Counted from the stretch's first letter, positions 1 to 11,634 are shown. The stretch is DNA of 64,000 nt from Prasinococcaceae sp. CCMP 1430 (GCA_013416795.1 RQSC01001165.1:64741-128740), one strand, 5' to 3'. Notes: generated from the sequence alone by a model not told the origin. Made by a program: numbers and translations.

Positions 1-1
1 G

Positions 2-376
2 ATGGTCTTCAGCAGCGACATTCCCGACTGGTGCGCTACCGAGGCGCTCGGCTGCGAGCGCGGCGCCACCGCCGCGTGGCCGCCTACGCAGGACGAGCTG
101 CGCACCATGTGGGAGGTGTCGCCCATACAGTATGCGGGCTCGGTGCGCGCGCCCATGCTTCTGCTCGTGGGCGACAGTGACCAGCGCGTGCCGCGCGAGC
201 AGAGCCACCAGTACCGCCGCGCGCTGCAGGCGGCCGGCCGCGGCGAGGCCGCGTGCGAGTGCGTCGAGTTCGCGGGCGAGGGCCACGCCCTGGGTGGCAC
301 GCGCACTGAGGCCGAGTGCCTCGCGCTCGCGGCCGCCTTCTTCGAGCGCGCGGGCGGCAGGGCGCCCGCCGAATGA
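2..376 (+). CDS. Acylamino-acid-releasing enzyme / S9 prolyl oligopeptidase family, C-terminal part (5' truncated by window)
   Basis: SDIPDWC...SPIQY...PMLLLVGDSDQRVP (catalytic Asp)...GEGHAL (catalytic His), typical of APEH/AARE C-termini. Confidence 0.85.
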   Translation: MVFSSDIPDWCATEALGCERGATAAWPPTQDELRTMWEVSPIQYAGSVRAPMLLLVGDSDQRVPREQSHQYRRALQAAGRGEAACECVEFAGEGHALGGTRTEAECLALAAAFFERAGGRAPAE

Positions 377-479
377 CGCCCCCTCTCTCCCCCCCCACCC
401 CCCCCACACACCCTCCCGACCCTGCGAAAATTACGGAATAAATTCGCGCAATATCGGCGTAAGAAAAGGCGCGTAGGGC

Positions 480-3293
480 TCACGGCGGCGGCGAGCACGT
501 CCCGGTACCCACGCACGGCGGTGGCGGACTCGGCGGTGGCGAGGGGGGTAGCGGCGGTGGAGGTGGAGGAGACGGCGGTGGCGAGGGCGGCAGGCTCGGT
601 GGCGGAGGGCTCGGAGGAGGGGGGCTCGGCGGCGCGCTCGGTGGCGGAGGGCTTGGCGGCGGCGGACTCGGTGGCGGAGGGCTTGGCGGCGGCGGACTCG
701 GCGGCGGGCTCGGTGGCGGCGGGTTCGGCGGTGGCGGAGAAGGCGGAGGACTCGGCGGCGGTGGGCTCGGCGGCGGCGGGCTCGACGGTGGGTTTGGAGG
801 GGGGCTCGGCGGCGGGCTCGGCGGCGGGCTTGGCGGGCTCGGCGGTGGCGGCGAGCACGTCCCGGCACCCACGCACGGCGGCGGCGGACTCGGCGGCGGC
901 GAGGGGGGTAGCGGCGGTGGAGGTGGAGGAGACGGCGGTGGCGAGGGTGGCGGGTTCGGGGGCAGACTCGGAGGAGGGGGGCTCGGCGGCGGTGGGCTCA
1001 GCGGCGGGCTCGGCGGCGGGCTCGGTGGCGGCGGGCTCGGTGGTGGGGGGCTCGGCGGCGGGCTTGGTGGATTCGGAGTTGGAGGCGGCTCGGGGCTCCG
1101 AGGGGGGCTCGGCGACGGGGGCGGCGGAGGGCTGGGTGGTGGAGGGTTCGGCGGCGGCGGCGGGGAAGGCGGTTTCGAGGGCGGTGGCGGAGAAGAGGTG
1201 AACGGGAATGCCGCCGGGGTACGGTCGGGAGGCGGCGAACGCGGGCGCGGTGGTGGAGGCGGTGGTGGTGGCGAGCAGGTGCCAGCCTCGATGCATGCGG
1301 TCTCAACAATCTCGCGGATTGCCTGAGTAAGCGCAGCTGCGAAGCGGGCGGTGTCATCTACGTCACTGGCGCCGTCGTCGCCTTCGACATCGATGAGTGC
1401 CAGCGCGGCGTCCTCGGCCCACGGCATGCGATCGTCCTGCCGCACCTCGTACTGCATCGACGCGTCGCCGATAAGCTTGATCAGCGCACCTGCCTTTTCA
1501 GCCACGCGCTCGCTGACCCCCTCGGGATCGCTAAGAATCTCCAGGGCGCGCAAGGCCTGCTCCTTCATGGCCTCTTCCTCCTCGGTATCGAAAAGGACCG
1601 TGAACTCTACCACTATCTCCGTGTCAGAGATGACATCCGTGACCTCTGACTCGACGTCGTCGCAGGGAGCACCGGCAATGTCGGCGACCTCACACTCGAG
1701 ATCGCGTTGCTTTTCGCGGAAATCGTCGAGCCCGATGCCGTCGAAGGCGACGCCCCTCACGATGGCCACGAAGAGGTCGAGTTTCGGTCCTCTGGGGGCA
1801 ACCGGAGGATGGGGGGCAGCGAGCGGACTTGGCGAGGGAGTAAGGCTGACCTGAACGCTGATGGCGCCATTGACAGCGGCGGGCCCGTCGCTGTTGATGG
1901 GCGGCGACGGCGGGGGTGGCCTGCCTAGAATGGATTGACGGATCTCTCCAATGTCCGAATAGATGAAGTCCCGCTCGGAGATTTCTACCACGAACGCACC
2001 CTTGTCTGGTGGCGGGGGCGGAGAGGGCGGAGGCGCTGGGGGCACAGACGGCAGCACGAGGAGAGGGTTGCCGCCGCCGCCGCCGCCGTACACCACCGCC
2101 GTCGCCGCCACAGTAGCGATAACAAGTAGGCTCGTTAGGGGAGCTGCGAGCCGCCGGGGCATGGGGCCGCACGCTTTGGGCTGATGCAGCCCCGGACAGC
2201 GCTTTCGTCGGCTGCTGTCGTCGGCCGCATTCGCCGCGCCACTGCCGTGTTGCACCGTGACTTCCACGCTGACCTTCACCATATCCACGCTTGCAGCTGG
2301 AGGTGCCACTGGCACGGCCAGCTCGTTGGTCTCAATTGCACTGAGGGCGCCCCAGTGGGGCCAGGGTACCCGAACCCCGACGCCCGCTCCCTCAAGCTGC
2401 AGCAGCGCCTCGATCACGCGGGTCGTCGGGACTTTCCACGCCTCCGCTATCTGCGAGATCGCGACGACAAACCCATCCCAGTCGAGGCGTCGCGACGGGC
2501 CATTTCCGCGCGGCGTCCATGGTGACTGGGACCCGTCGCCGGAAGTCATCGCGAGGGCGCCGGCGCTTCCCAGCGCGGATTTACGGCATCGCGCGTGAAT
2601 GATGGCGAGTCCGTCGGGGGTGGGCGGCGCGAAGTCGCTGCTCTCGCCGTCACAAACGAGGCCTGCTTGTGCGCAGAGACCAACGAGCTGCTCCGCGCTG
2701 AGGGTGCACGCCTTGCCCGTCGTCGCGCTCTTGCCCCCAGCAGCCAGCGGCCTGGAGTCGGCGGGTCGCGTCCCAGAGACGTCGCTGCCGGCCGCCGCCG
2801 CGGCGTCGAAGATCGCCCTGAGTCGGCTGTGGCCCACGCACGGGCTAGGCGGCGCCGCAGTGGGAGGGCCGGCACGAGCGCTCTCAGCGTTCGTCTCAGG
2901 CTCGGACGACCCGCGGTGAGAGAGCGCTGCGAAGGAGGCGACTGACTCCACCAGCTCCTCGAAGCCTTCGAGCGATAGGGCGGTCTCATTGCGTTGCTGC
3001 GGACACGCCTCGGCGCGCTTCGACACCTCTGCGCGGAGGCAGGAGCCGAGCGAGGAGCAGTCAGCGCCGGCGAGCATGCCAAGGTCTCCCACCGCGAAGG
3101 CCGCGTCAGCGGTGCTGAGGAGCCCATCGCTCGCGAAGCGCTCGAACACCTGCGTCACAGGCGACGGACGCGGCGGGTCGCTGTCCCCCGTCCGAAGCTC
3201 CTCGTGCTCGGCGCCAGTGGCCTCGGCCGCGTCGGCGCCGAACGTGGAGGCGACCCTGGAGGCGAGCCCCTGGAGGAGGTTGCCGGAGGTCAT
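480..3293 (-). CDS. Predicted type II membrane protein: EF-hand-like and p25alpha/TPPP-like N-terminus, one TM, SEA-like domain, extensin-like Ser-Pro(n) tail
   Basis: Intronless ORF from MTSGNLL (ATG 3293). Hydrophobic LTSLLVIATVAATAVVY at ~2087-2138; long SPPPP array at 480-1290. Start codon uncertain. Confidence 0.7.
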   Translation of the reverse strand: MTSGNLLQGLASRVASTFGADAAEATGAEHEELRTGDSDPPRPSPVTQVFERFASDGLLSTADAAFAVGDLGMLAGADCSSLGSCLRAEVSKRAEACPQQRNETALSLEGFEELVESVASFAALSHRGSSEPETNAESARAGPPTAAPPSPCVGHSRLRAIFDAAAAAGSDVSGTRPADSRPLAAGGKSATTGKACTLSAEQLVGLCAQAGLVCDGESSDFAPPTPDGLAIIHARCRKSALGSAGALAMTSGDGSQSPWTPRGNGPSRRLDWDGFVVAISQIAEAWKVPTTRVIEALLQLEGAGVGVRVPWPHWGALSAIETNELAVPVAPPAASVDMVKVSVEVTVQHGSGAANAADDSSRRKRCPGLHQPKACGPMPRRLAAPLTSLLVIATVAATAVVYGGGGGGNPLLVLPSVPPAPPPSPPPPPDKGAFVVEISERDFIYSDIGEIRQSILGRPPPPSPPINSDGPAAVNGAISVQVSLTPSPSPLAAPHPPVAPRGPKLDLFVAIVRGVAFDGIGLDDFREKQRDLECEVADIAGAPCDDVESEVTDVISDTEIVVEFTVLFDTEEEEAMKEQALRALEILSDPEGVSERVAEKAGALIKLIGDASMQYEVRQDDRMPWAEDAALALIDVEGDDGASDVDDTARFAAALTQAIREIVETACIEAGTCSPPPPPPPPRPRSPPPDRTPAAFPFTSSPPPPSKPPSPPPPPNPPPPSPPPPPSPSPPRSPEPPPTPNPPSPPPSPPPPSPPPPSPPPSPPLSPPPPSPPPPSLPPNPPPSPPPSPPPPPPLPPSPPPSPPPPCVGAGTCSPPPPSPPSPPPSPPPSPPPNPPSSPPPPSPPPPSPPPSPPPPNPPPPSPPPSPPPPSPPPPSPPPPSPPPPSAPPSPPPPSPPPPSLPPSPPPSPPPPPPLPPSPPPSPPPPCVGTGTCSPPP
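485..1290 (-). repeat. Ser-Pro3-5 coding repeat array with a 360-bp-period duplication and three CxxxGTCSPPP motifs
   Basis: gcgagcacgtcccgg at 491 and 851 with near-identical flanks; CIEAGTC, CVGAGTC and CVGTGTC motifs. Confidence 0.9.
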
Positions 3294-4869
3294 CGCGGTG
3301 CGCGCGGGGGCGGCAGCCGTGGCGCCGCCGCCGCCCGGCCACCGCCAGGGCCCGAGGCGCCGGGCGGCGCCGAGGCGGGCCGTTGCGCGCGCCCTGCGCA
3401 ACTGGGACTGGCCCGAGGCGCTGCTCTTCGACTGCGACGGCGTGCTGTGCGACACTGAGCGCGATGGCCACCGCGTAATGTTCAACAAGGCGTTCGTAGA
3501 GATGGGCATCACCACCGACACGGAGCTCTGGAGCGTCGAGGAGTACGGCGAGCTCCTGGTGCGTGCCCGCGCGCCGCGCGGCGGCCGGGGTGTCGCGCAC
3601 CCTTGCCAGCGCCCGTCCACGTGAGCCCTCGTGCCTTCGCGCTCGCCGGTGCTCGCGTGCTACGGGCACATGCGCGCCTCCGGACAAAAGGCTGACACCT
3701 TGCACGTATATGCCGCGCGCGAGCGCAGCGCATTGGCGGCGGCAAGGAACGCATGACGCACTACTTCACCAACAAGGCTCCCGACACGCCCGCGTGGGCG
3801 TCCAAGACGGACGAGGAGCGAGTCGAAATGATCAAGGACCTGCACAAGCTCAAGACGGCCATGTTCCTCGAGGCTGTCGAAGCGGGTGAGCTCGCTCTGC
3901 GCCCAGGCGTGCGCCGCCTCGTCGCTGAGGCATTCGAAGCCGGGGTGAAGGTGGCAGTGTGCTCCACGTCCAACGAGAAGGCCGTGGCCGGCATCGTGCG
4001 GTTACTGGGCCCCGACTACGCCGACAACATCCCGATCTTCGCGGGTGACGTCGTGCCGCGCAAGAAGCCCGACCCCGCAGTGTACACCCTTGCCGCAGAG
4101 ACGCTAGACGTGTCTCCTGCTCGCTGCGTCGTCGTCGAGGACTCAAACATCGGTGCGTGTGTGCGCGCGTGTGAGGAGTGCACACCCGTGGCTGAGCTCG
4201 CGAGCGATGGTGGACGTCTGCATGGCGCGCGCGAACCGCGCTGTAGGCTGCTGACCCCAAACGCGTGTGTCACACGTTCACACTCGCGCTTACGCACGTG
4301 CGCAATCCCATCGACCCCCCCTCCCCTTGCGCCCGCGCAGGCCTGCGCGCAGCAAAGGCCGCCGGCATGCGCTGCGTGGTGACCGAGAGCGGCTACACTG
4401 CAGGCGAGGATTTCGCGCTGGCGGACGCCATCTTCCCCGAGATCGGAGACGAGGGCTCGGAGCAGTTCTCCCTGCAGGAGCTGTGCGTTGATTACTTCCC
4501 CGTAGACGCGTAGGACGCCGTGGCGCGCATGTGTGCGTTCGTACGCGCGATGCACCCGCGCGCACCCCAAACCTGTACACATAAGTGCCCGGCTCTCTCA
4601 TCTCACGCTCCGCGCGAAACGGGCGCATTCGCAATGCTGACGTGCGCACGCTCTCGATCTGCTCGCGCGCTTGAGCACGCCCCAGCACCACGCCAGGAGC
4701 ATATTGGCTGAATCCGCCCCTCCCTATTGACGAGGAGGGCAACTGGTACGAGGGCGCCGGTGAGGACGACGCCGAGGGACAAACGGACAGCTATGGCGAC
4801 GATGGCATGACTGCCGCCGAGCGCGCTATCCTCGAAGATATGGATGGCCCGCGCCGTCCCTCGAGATGA
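3076..4869 (+). CDS. CBBY: CbbY-like HAD phosphatase (xylulose-1,5-bisphosphate phosphatase family), probably plastid-targeted; introns 3559-3728, 4153-4340, 4483-4685
   Basis: LLFDCDGVLCDTERDGHR; spliced LL|RIGGGKERM; STSNEKAV; KKPDPAVY; VVEDSNIG. A final exon not in the ORF track (TTPGAYWLNPPLP...RPSR*) splices in frame and is followed by TGTAA at 4974. Start codon uncertain. Confidence 0.85.
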
Positions 4870-4973
4870 CACGCGCTCACGCAGAAGGACGCGGGCGCCG
4901 TCTTTGCGCGGTGGACGCAGGCATACCCTATCTTAATGAATCAGCCCTCCGCTGGTGTGCGTGGCTGCTGTTG

Positions 4974-4978
4974 TGTAA
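4974..4978 (+). promoter_or_regulatory. TGTAA chlorophyte-type polyadenylation signal (also at 12960, 14469 and 47503 on +, and 32186-32190 on -)
   Basis: TGTAA occurs shortly downstream of the stop codons of CbbY, the DUF6817-like gene, BUD23-like, DLH and the chromo-Tudor gene. Confidence 0.6.
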
Positions 4979-4999
4979 AGGGTAGCGTGCCCCTCGCGT

Positions 5000-7900
5000 T
5001 CACTGTCCACCTCTACCAGCGAGTTTCTCGAGGCCCGTGCGCGCCTCGTCGCTCACGCTGCCAACCACTGCCTGAAGCTGTGCTGCATAATGCGACGACA
5101 GGTGCGCGACACATCGCGACATCCGTGACATGGCGACGGCAGGTGTTCGATCGTTGAGCGCCGCCACGCCCATCGCAGCGAGGATCGCGCCCGCATGCGG
5201 AGCGACGGCCGCGTGTGCGCTCTCGAGCAGCTCGCATAGGAAGTCGTACACAGGCAGACTCTCCTCGACGTCATCCTCCAATGGGAGAAAGGGTACCACA
5301 CCGGCCACCGCCTGAGCGGCGGGCAGCTGCTCCGGGTGGGATTTTGCAAGCGAGCACACAGCTGAGATGACGTTGTCACGCGCGCTGCCGTGCTCCTGCG
5401 GGTTGAGTAGCGGGCCTAGACCTTCGAGCACCTGTGCGACGGCGTCCGGCGGGAACTGGACCGGCCCGAGCGCACAGAGTACGCGGACGCAAAACGCGGC
5501 GTTTCGATGGTTCTGTGGGTCGTCGCAGCGCAGCTCCGAAAGCAGCACGCCCGACAGGGCCTTCGCGTAGGGCGCGAGCAGTGCCGGCACGTACTCGCCG
5601 ATCTCTGCGAGGGCGGCGACCACCATAGTCCTGTCTTCTGCTGGCCGCGTAGCACGCGTGTAGCTCCACAGCACTTCCGCTTGTGCCGCCAAATATGGTG
5701 CGAAGGCATCACGCATCACGTAGGCCATGGCGGGCAGCACGTCAACTGCGGCATCGAGGACGCGCCCGGCATGCACGGCGTCGCCGTCTTCGTCCTCGTC
5801 CTCGTCCTCGTAATCGCTCTCGTCATGTTCGAAGCACGGATGCTTGCGCGCCGCAATGGTGCCCACCAGCACAGACACACGCTCAGCCCACTTGGCGAAT
5901 GCCGCCCCTCCCATCATGCGCGTGATGCAGGCTATGGAGCTGCATGCCGTGGCCACCACGTCTCGGTCATCGTCGGTTGACGCCACCTGGTGCAAAGCAT
6001 GCATGAGTGTGTTCACCACCTTGGTGGCCTCAGCGCTCAGCACGACCGCAGACTCTTGCTCGCTCAGGCGGCGCGCATCGGTCGACGCGCGCGCCTTCTC
6101 GTCTGAGGGCGCATCTGGCACGCCGGGTGCGGGTTTCGCTAGGCGCGCACACGCGCAGAGCCCCGAGGCAGCGTCGCACGCTGCGTCGCGCACGTCTTCG
6201 TGGAAGTACTCCATGAGCCCTTCCACGGCAGCCATCGACTGTTCCAGGAAGGGAGCGAATGCCACACCGCACTGCTCGGCGAGCACACTCAGCGCCTGCA
6301 CTGCCGCTTCTTTTTCCTCGAGCATGGCCGTGTGTATGCGGATCGACCCACCGCCGCCCAGATTGAAGCCTCCCTCGTCATCGGAGTCATCGAACGCCGC
6401 GGCGGCGCCCGCAATTCCCCCCGCACCGACGCCGTCGCTGTCGTCGCCCTGGATGAACATCTTCTCGAAGTCATCCTCCTCAACAGACTTGAGCACGTGC
6501 GGAACGATGCGGGGCAGCAGGGAGGCCATGTCCGCCTTGCCGAGCGTACTCACGTTGCACCAGAATCTGTGTGTGTGCTCGCGCAGCTCCGGGACGTCCG
6601 ATTCGTAGTTGGCCAGTGCGAGCTCCACGAATGTGGGAATGAATGGCGTGCCCTCCTCCAGGCCGATGGAGGCAAGCACCATGCCCGCGCACTCGGTGGC
6701 GCGCCCCCGGCGCGATATCTCCTCCTCGGTAGACGCGGGCGCGCGCATGCACGCGGCCATCATTTCAAGCAGTGGCGGGGCGTGCGGCGCAAAGCTCTCG
6801 TCGGCAGTAGCCGCGGCCGAGGTGATGCACGACAGCGCCACCTCGTGCATGTGCACACGGTCCGAGCGCAGGATGGCCACCATGGTTTCAATTATGCTCG
6901 ACACGTACGGCACGATCTCCTCGCCGCGATCATTGTCACTCAGCTGTTCGCAGAAGGTGCTCAGCACGAAGCACGCGCGCTCCACCACGTGGCCCTCTGT
7001 GTCGCGCAGCAGCTCGAAAATGCGTGGGAGAAGCTGCTCGTACGTCTCGACGATTTCGGGCTGAAGATGCTCGGCGTAGGCGGCCAGCGCCACGGCAGCC
7101 GCGCCGCGGACGCGCCTGCAATTGCGGCCGGGCGGGGGCAATGTGAGGTGTGAGGGTGTGAGTAAGAGGCCAAGCACGCTGCACCGCACGCACTGCTGCG
7201 GGTTGGCAAGCCTGCGCGCACAAAAATCCAAAAGCGCATGCACTCGCGCACCTGTGAGCGTCGCCGAGGCCTGCGACGATCGGTGCAAGGTACTCATTGA
7301 GGCGCCTGCGCATCTCCTCAGAGCAGCCGCAAGCTGCAACGCCCAAGACGTCCATTGCAGCAGCACGCGCGTTGTGATCTGTCGATGCGTGCGCCTGCGA
7401 GGCGTACGCTAGCACGGCGGGCAGAATGTGCTTGCTCGCAATTTGTTCGGCGAAGGCATCAAGCGCGGCCATCGCGTGCTTGCGCAGGGGCACCTCGGTA
7501 CTGTCTTCCTCGCCGTCGTCGTCATCGCCAGCAACCGCGCAAAGAGGGCAGATGGCGGCCACTAGCGCTGGTGCGAGCGGGGTCTTGCCTTTGGAGAGGG
7601 CGCGCGGCTTGCGACGTGCGGCACCCTCGATGAGCTCCACCGCGCGCTTGCGCGCGGGTGTCTCGGCTGCCCCATTGCACGCAGTCTCCGCAGCGAGGCG
7701 CAGCAGCCCCGGCAGGAGCGCGTTGCCCTTGCCGAGCACGTTCCCAGGCGCGGTCACGAAATCCTCGAGGAGGTCCAGCGCGCGTACCGCGGTCTCCGTG
7801 TCGCCACCAGCGACGGCAGCCTGCGCGACCGCAGCCACCGGCTCCACCAGCGGCGTTGCGGGGGACGCCTCGCCCTTGGCCCCTTTCGTGCCGTCCAGAG

Positions 7901-8498
7901 CGGGGGACGTGAAGAGCATGGCGGCCGTCGCGCGCAGCGCGGTCGCGCGCACGCGGGCGGAATCGTCGCGCATCGCCTTCACCAGAAGTCCCTGCAGCGA
8001 GGCTGTCTCAGCCGCGAAGAAGTCGCCCCCGAGGTCCTCTAGCAAGCCACCGAGAATGACGCAAGCGGCTTCGCGCACGCCCTCAGCAGGTGCCTCAGCA
8101 GCCTGTGCCAGGAAGGCTGGCAGCTCAGCCCATTCGCCTTTCGGCAGAGCCACGCATCCAACGGCCGCCGTGGCCTCTGCCACCGCTCGCCGAACGATGC
8201 CCTCAGGCTCGGCACTCACAGCCTCGAGCAGCGCCTGCTTCACGCTCGCCTTGGTGGCGGCGTCGAGCTTGGCCCAGTGCGAGCGCAGCCTGCGGCGGCA
8301 GAGCACCGCAGCAAGCTGCCGCACGGCGGGCTCAGCGTGCGTCCTAGCGAGCGCGACCAGCGCGGGGGCGGCAGCGGGCTGCTTAAGTGCGACTTTCAAC
8401 CGCGCCTCAGCCGCGCGGCGCGCCTCGTTGTCCGCGACGAAGAGCGACGGCAGCAGCGCCGCGAGCTCGGCGTGCGCCGCGTCCGCCGGCGCCGCCAT
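5000..8498 (-). CDS. IPO4: Importin-4 (karyopherin beta, Kap123-like); intron 7116-7251
   Basis: N-terminal IBN-like DNEARRAAE...VRQLAAVLCRRRL; HEAT repeats; RVRGAAAVALAAYAEHLQPEI; acidic loop before IHTAMLEEKEAA; YFHEDVR; RNAAFC. Confidence 0.85.
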
Positions 8499-9036
8499 CG
8501 CCTCACCCCGGTCCGCGCGCAGCGCCGGCGGCTCGCGCGCGCGCGCGCCGCGGGACGATCCACGCGAGTAGAAACGTCGACCGTCTGGCCCGTGCGGCGC
8601 GTGTGACACCGGCTCGTCCCTCCTCCCTCTCGCCTCGCCCCGGCGAGCGTGCGCGCCCGCGCCCGTGCGAGTGCGCGCAGCCGCCGCCAGCCGCCGCCAC
8701 GCGTGCGCGTTATCGAGTTGTCGCGCCCGGAGACGCGAGAAGAACGGCGGTTTGGATTTGGGACCGACTTTGACGCTCGCTCTGCGTTTCATGAAAGATA
8801 ATGCATCACATAACATATGCGTCGACTGCGCGGACGCTCAATTTCGCCGGGCGCAAAAGTTGCGGCAGCAGGCATCCGCGCCGGCGGCGGCTGCTGCTGC
8901 GGCGCGTGTCGGCGCGCCACACCGCGTGCGCGCGGCGGGTGGGTGCGGCGCGGCGCGGTCGGGCGCAGGGCCGGCCGAACCTTGCGCGGCCCTCACCCGC
9001 TTCAGCACCCTCCCTCCCCCTTCCAGACGTCGCGCG

Positions 9037-10249
9037 ATGTCCTCCGAGGCGATGCGCGCGGCGGTCGCCACGCTGGCGTCCGAGCTTGCCGACGACGCGC
9101 GGCCGCTCGGGGCGCGCTTCCGTACGCTCTTCGCGCTGCGCAACGTCGCCGTGGAGCACGGCTCGGCGGCGGCGCTCGCCGCCGAGATGGTGGCCTACCG
9201 CGGGAAATCACGCGCCGAAACAGCACTGCTGCGCCACGAGTGCGCGTTCTGCCTTGGGCAGATGGGGGCGGCGAGGTACGCGCGCGCACGCGTGCGCGCT
9301 CGCGCGCGCCTTGCCGGCGCTCCGGTGCGCTTCCTGGCCCTTCCGCTCTGCCGCAAGCTCGGTCTCGCGCCTGCGACCGCTCCTGCGCGGGCGCGCGCGT
9401 GTCATGATGCTCGTGCGCGCGGTGGGCAAGCGCCAGCACGCATGCGCGCGCGCTGACGTCCCTCGCATTTGCCGACCACCGGCCGTGGCGCGCGGCACCC
9501 CGTGCTGCTGTGCACGACCCTGCAGCGAGGTGGACGCGCTGCGCGCGGTCCTCGCGGATGCAGAGGAGGATTCGATGGTGCGGCACGAGGCTGGCGAGGC
9601 GCTGGGCGCCATAGCCGACACGCGCGCCGAAGATGCGCTCCGCACGCACGCTCACGACGACGCGCCGGAGGTGGCCGAGACGTGCGAGCTCGCGCTGCGC
9701 CGGCTCGCCGAGGTGCGCCGGCTGGTCGCCGAGGCCGCCGAGGGCGACGTCGATGCCGACACGGCCTTCAGTGGTGCGACGGCCTACAAGAGCGTCGACC
9801 CCGCGCCCGCCGCGTCGCCCGACGCGCCCGCCGATGAGCTACTCGAGGCGCTCGTCGACGAGAGCGGCGATCTTTGGGGACGCTACGGCGCGCTTTTCGC
9901 GCTGCGCAATCGCGGCGGTGACGATGCGGCCAGAGCCGTCGCGGCGGCACTGGGCGCTCGCTCCGCGCTGCTGCGCCACGAGGCCGCGTACTCGCTCGGC
10001 CAGCTGCAGAGCAGCGCCGCGCAGGACAGGCTCAAAGAGGTGCTTGCAGACCTTTCAGAACACCCAATGGTGCGCCACGAGGCGGCGGAGGCGCTCGGCG
10101 CCATTGCTTCGGAGGAGGCCGAGGCGGCGCTGCGCGCGTTCGTGGGGGATGAGGACCCCATCGTCGCACAGAGCTGCGAAGTGGCGCTCGACGTTCTCGA
10201 TGCCGAGCGCACTGGTGAGGATTACATAGCTGCGCTGCCCGAGGCTTGA
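9037..10249 (+). CDS. DOHH: Deoxyhypusine hydroxylase; intron 9276-9525
   Basis: Four HE motifs (LLRHECAF, MVRHEAGEALG, LLRHEAAY, MVRHEAAEALG); YKSVDPAP; QSCEVALD. Confidence 0.93.
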
Positions 10250-10377
10250 AATACTCCCAACACCGTGTACAACCACAACCTGCCCGAGCGCGCGTGCATC
10301 ACCTCCGCGCGCCGCGTGTGCTCTCGCGTTCGCGTGCTCGCGCTCGAACGTGCGCGAATGGTGCGGTCCGTGCAAGG

Positions 10378-11250
10378 TTACATGAGCTGCGACGCGAGCA
10401 GCCAGTGCGCGTCGTTCGTGCTGCCTAGGAGCGCCCAGGCGCAGCCTGCGCCAGCACAGGCAGCGCCAAAGGCCGCACAGGCTACGGCGGAGCGATACTT
10501 GCGCTCGGCGAAGCAGCGTGCGAGCAGGGCTCGTGCGGAGTACAGCAATCGCGCGAGTGACGCTGGCTGGCGCTTGTACAGCTCGACGGCGGCGCGCGCC
10601 ACAACAAACGCGGTGGCAGCGCCGACGAGTGCACGCTCACGGCGAGCTGCGCGCTTGAGGGAAGCGTCCGCCTCGGCCTCGATGCGCGCCTCGTCACCTG
10701 CCGCTGCTACATCGCGGACGCTCGCATCGCAGCCGGGCGGCGTGCGCCCCGTTGCCGCGTGCGACGCCGCGCACCCGCTGTCGCTGCTCATGGGCTCGCT
10801 GAGCGGCTCCAAACCAGTCGCGTTCGCCACCCACTCCGCCATAGCCGCGAGTGTGCGCGCGCCGTCGAACCTGCGCTTGCGCCGTCCCTCCTCGGCTGGA
10901 AATGCCAACAGCGCCGGCGTCGCAAACACCCCGTGGCCTGCGAGCGCAGCCGCATTCGAGCGGGCGACGTCGACCGCGAAGAAGCGCGCCGTCGGAAAGA
11001 GCGCGGGCAGCTGTGTGGCTGCACGCCGCGCGTCCCGCGAGGCGCTACAGTCGAGCGCATGGTACAGTAGCACCACGGGACAGCTCGCGCCGAGCGCCTC
11101 CTGCGAGGCTCGGGTGAACTCCGCGTCGTCAACGAAGTGGAACCTGCCCCCCTCGACGCCTGCATCGTCGACCCCCCCTGCAGCGCCGACAAGCGCCAAC
11201 GCGCCAATGAGCGCGAGCACGAGTACCAGCTCGATCCTGCTGCGCCGCAT
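10378..11250 (-). CDS. Secretory thioredoxin-like protein (APR-like/TXNDC15 type, CxxS) with signal peptide and C-terminal hydrophobic segments
   Basis: Signal peptide LVLVLALIGALALVGA; VVLLYHALDCSAS; GVFATPALLAF; RFDGARTLAAM..WV..TGLEP. Confidence 0.7.
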   Translation of the reverse strand: MRRSRIELVLVLALIGALALVGAAGGVDDAGVEGGRFHFVDDAEFTRASQEALGASCPVVLLYHALDCSASRDARRAATQLPALFPTARFFAVDVARSNAAALAGHGVFATPALLAFPAEEGRRKRRFDGARTLAAMAEWVANATGLEPLSEPMSSDSGCAASHAATGRTPPGCDASVRDVAAAGDEARIEAEADASLKRAARRERALVGAATAFVVARAAVELYKRQPASLARLLYSARALLARCFAERKYRSAVACAAFGAACAGAGCAWALLGSTNDAHWLLASQLM

Positions 11251-11634
11251 GGCACCGCTCGCCGCGGCCACCAGCTTCACGCTCGGGCCGCGTGGCCGCA
11301 CTGGCCGGGTGGGGGTGAGAAGAAAAGCCACGAGGGTGAGAGGGGTGGGAGCCGGAGGCGCCGCGCGCGCACGCGCGCTGGCGGGCGCGCGCGCACCCGG
11401 CCCCGCCCCCTCCTACCTCCGCTGAGATTCTCCCACGTCCGCTCGCGCTCACTCCGTTTCCCCGCGCCGCTCCGCTCCGCGCCGCGCCGCGCCGCGCCGC
11501 CGCGCGGCGGATCGCGTGATCCGCCAGCCGACCACCAACCAAAACCCAAGCCCACTCACGGATTGAAAAAGGGTATCGGGAAGAAACGCTGGGACTGGCT
11601 GGCTGGGTGGGAGCACGCACACACACACGCCCNC

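Noticed and set aside
485-1290. CRISPR-like array
   Set aside because: These are coding Ser-Pro repeats with no unique spacers and no cas genes
4603-4872. Minus-strand hydrophobic 89-aa ORF
   Set aside because: It is better explained as the antisense of the CbbY last exon
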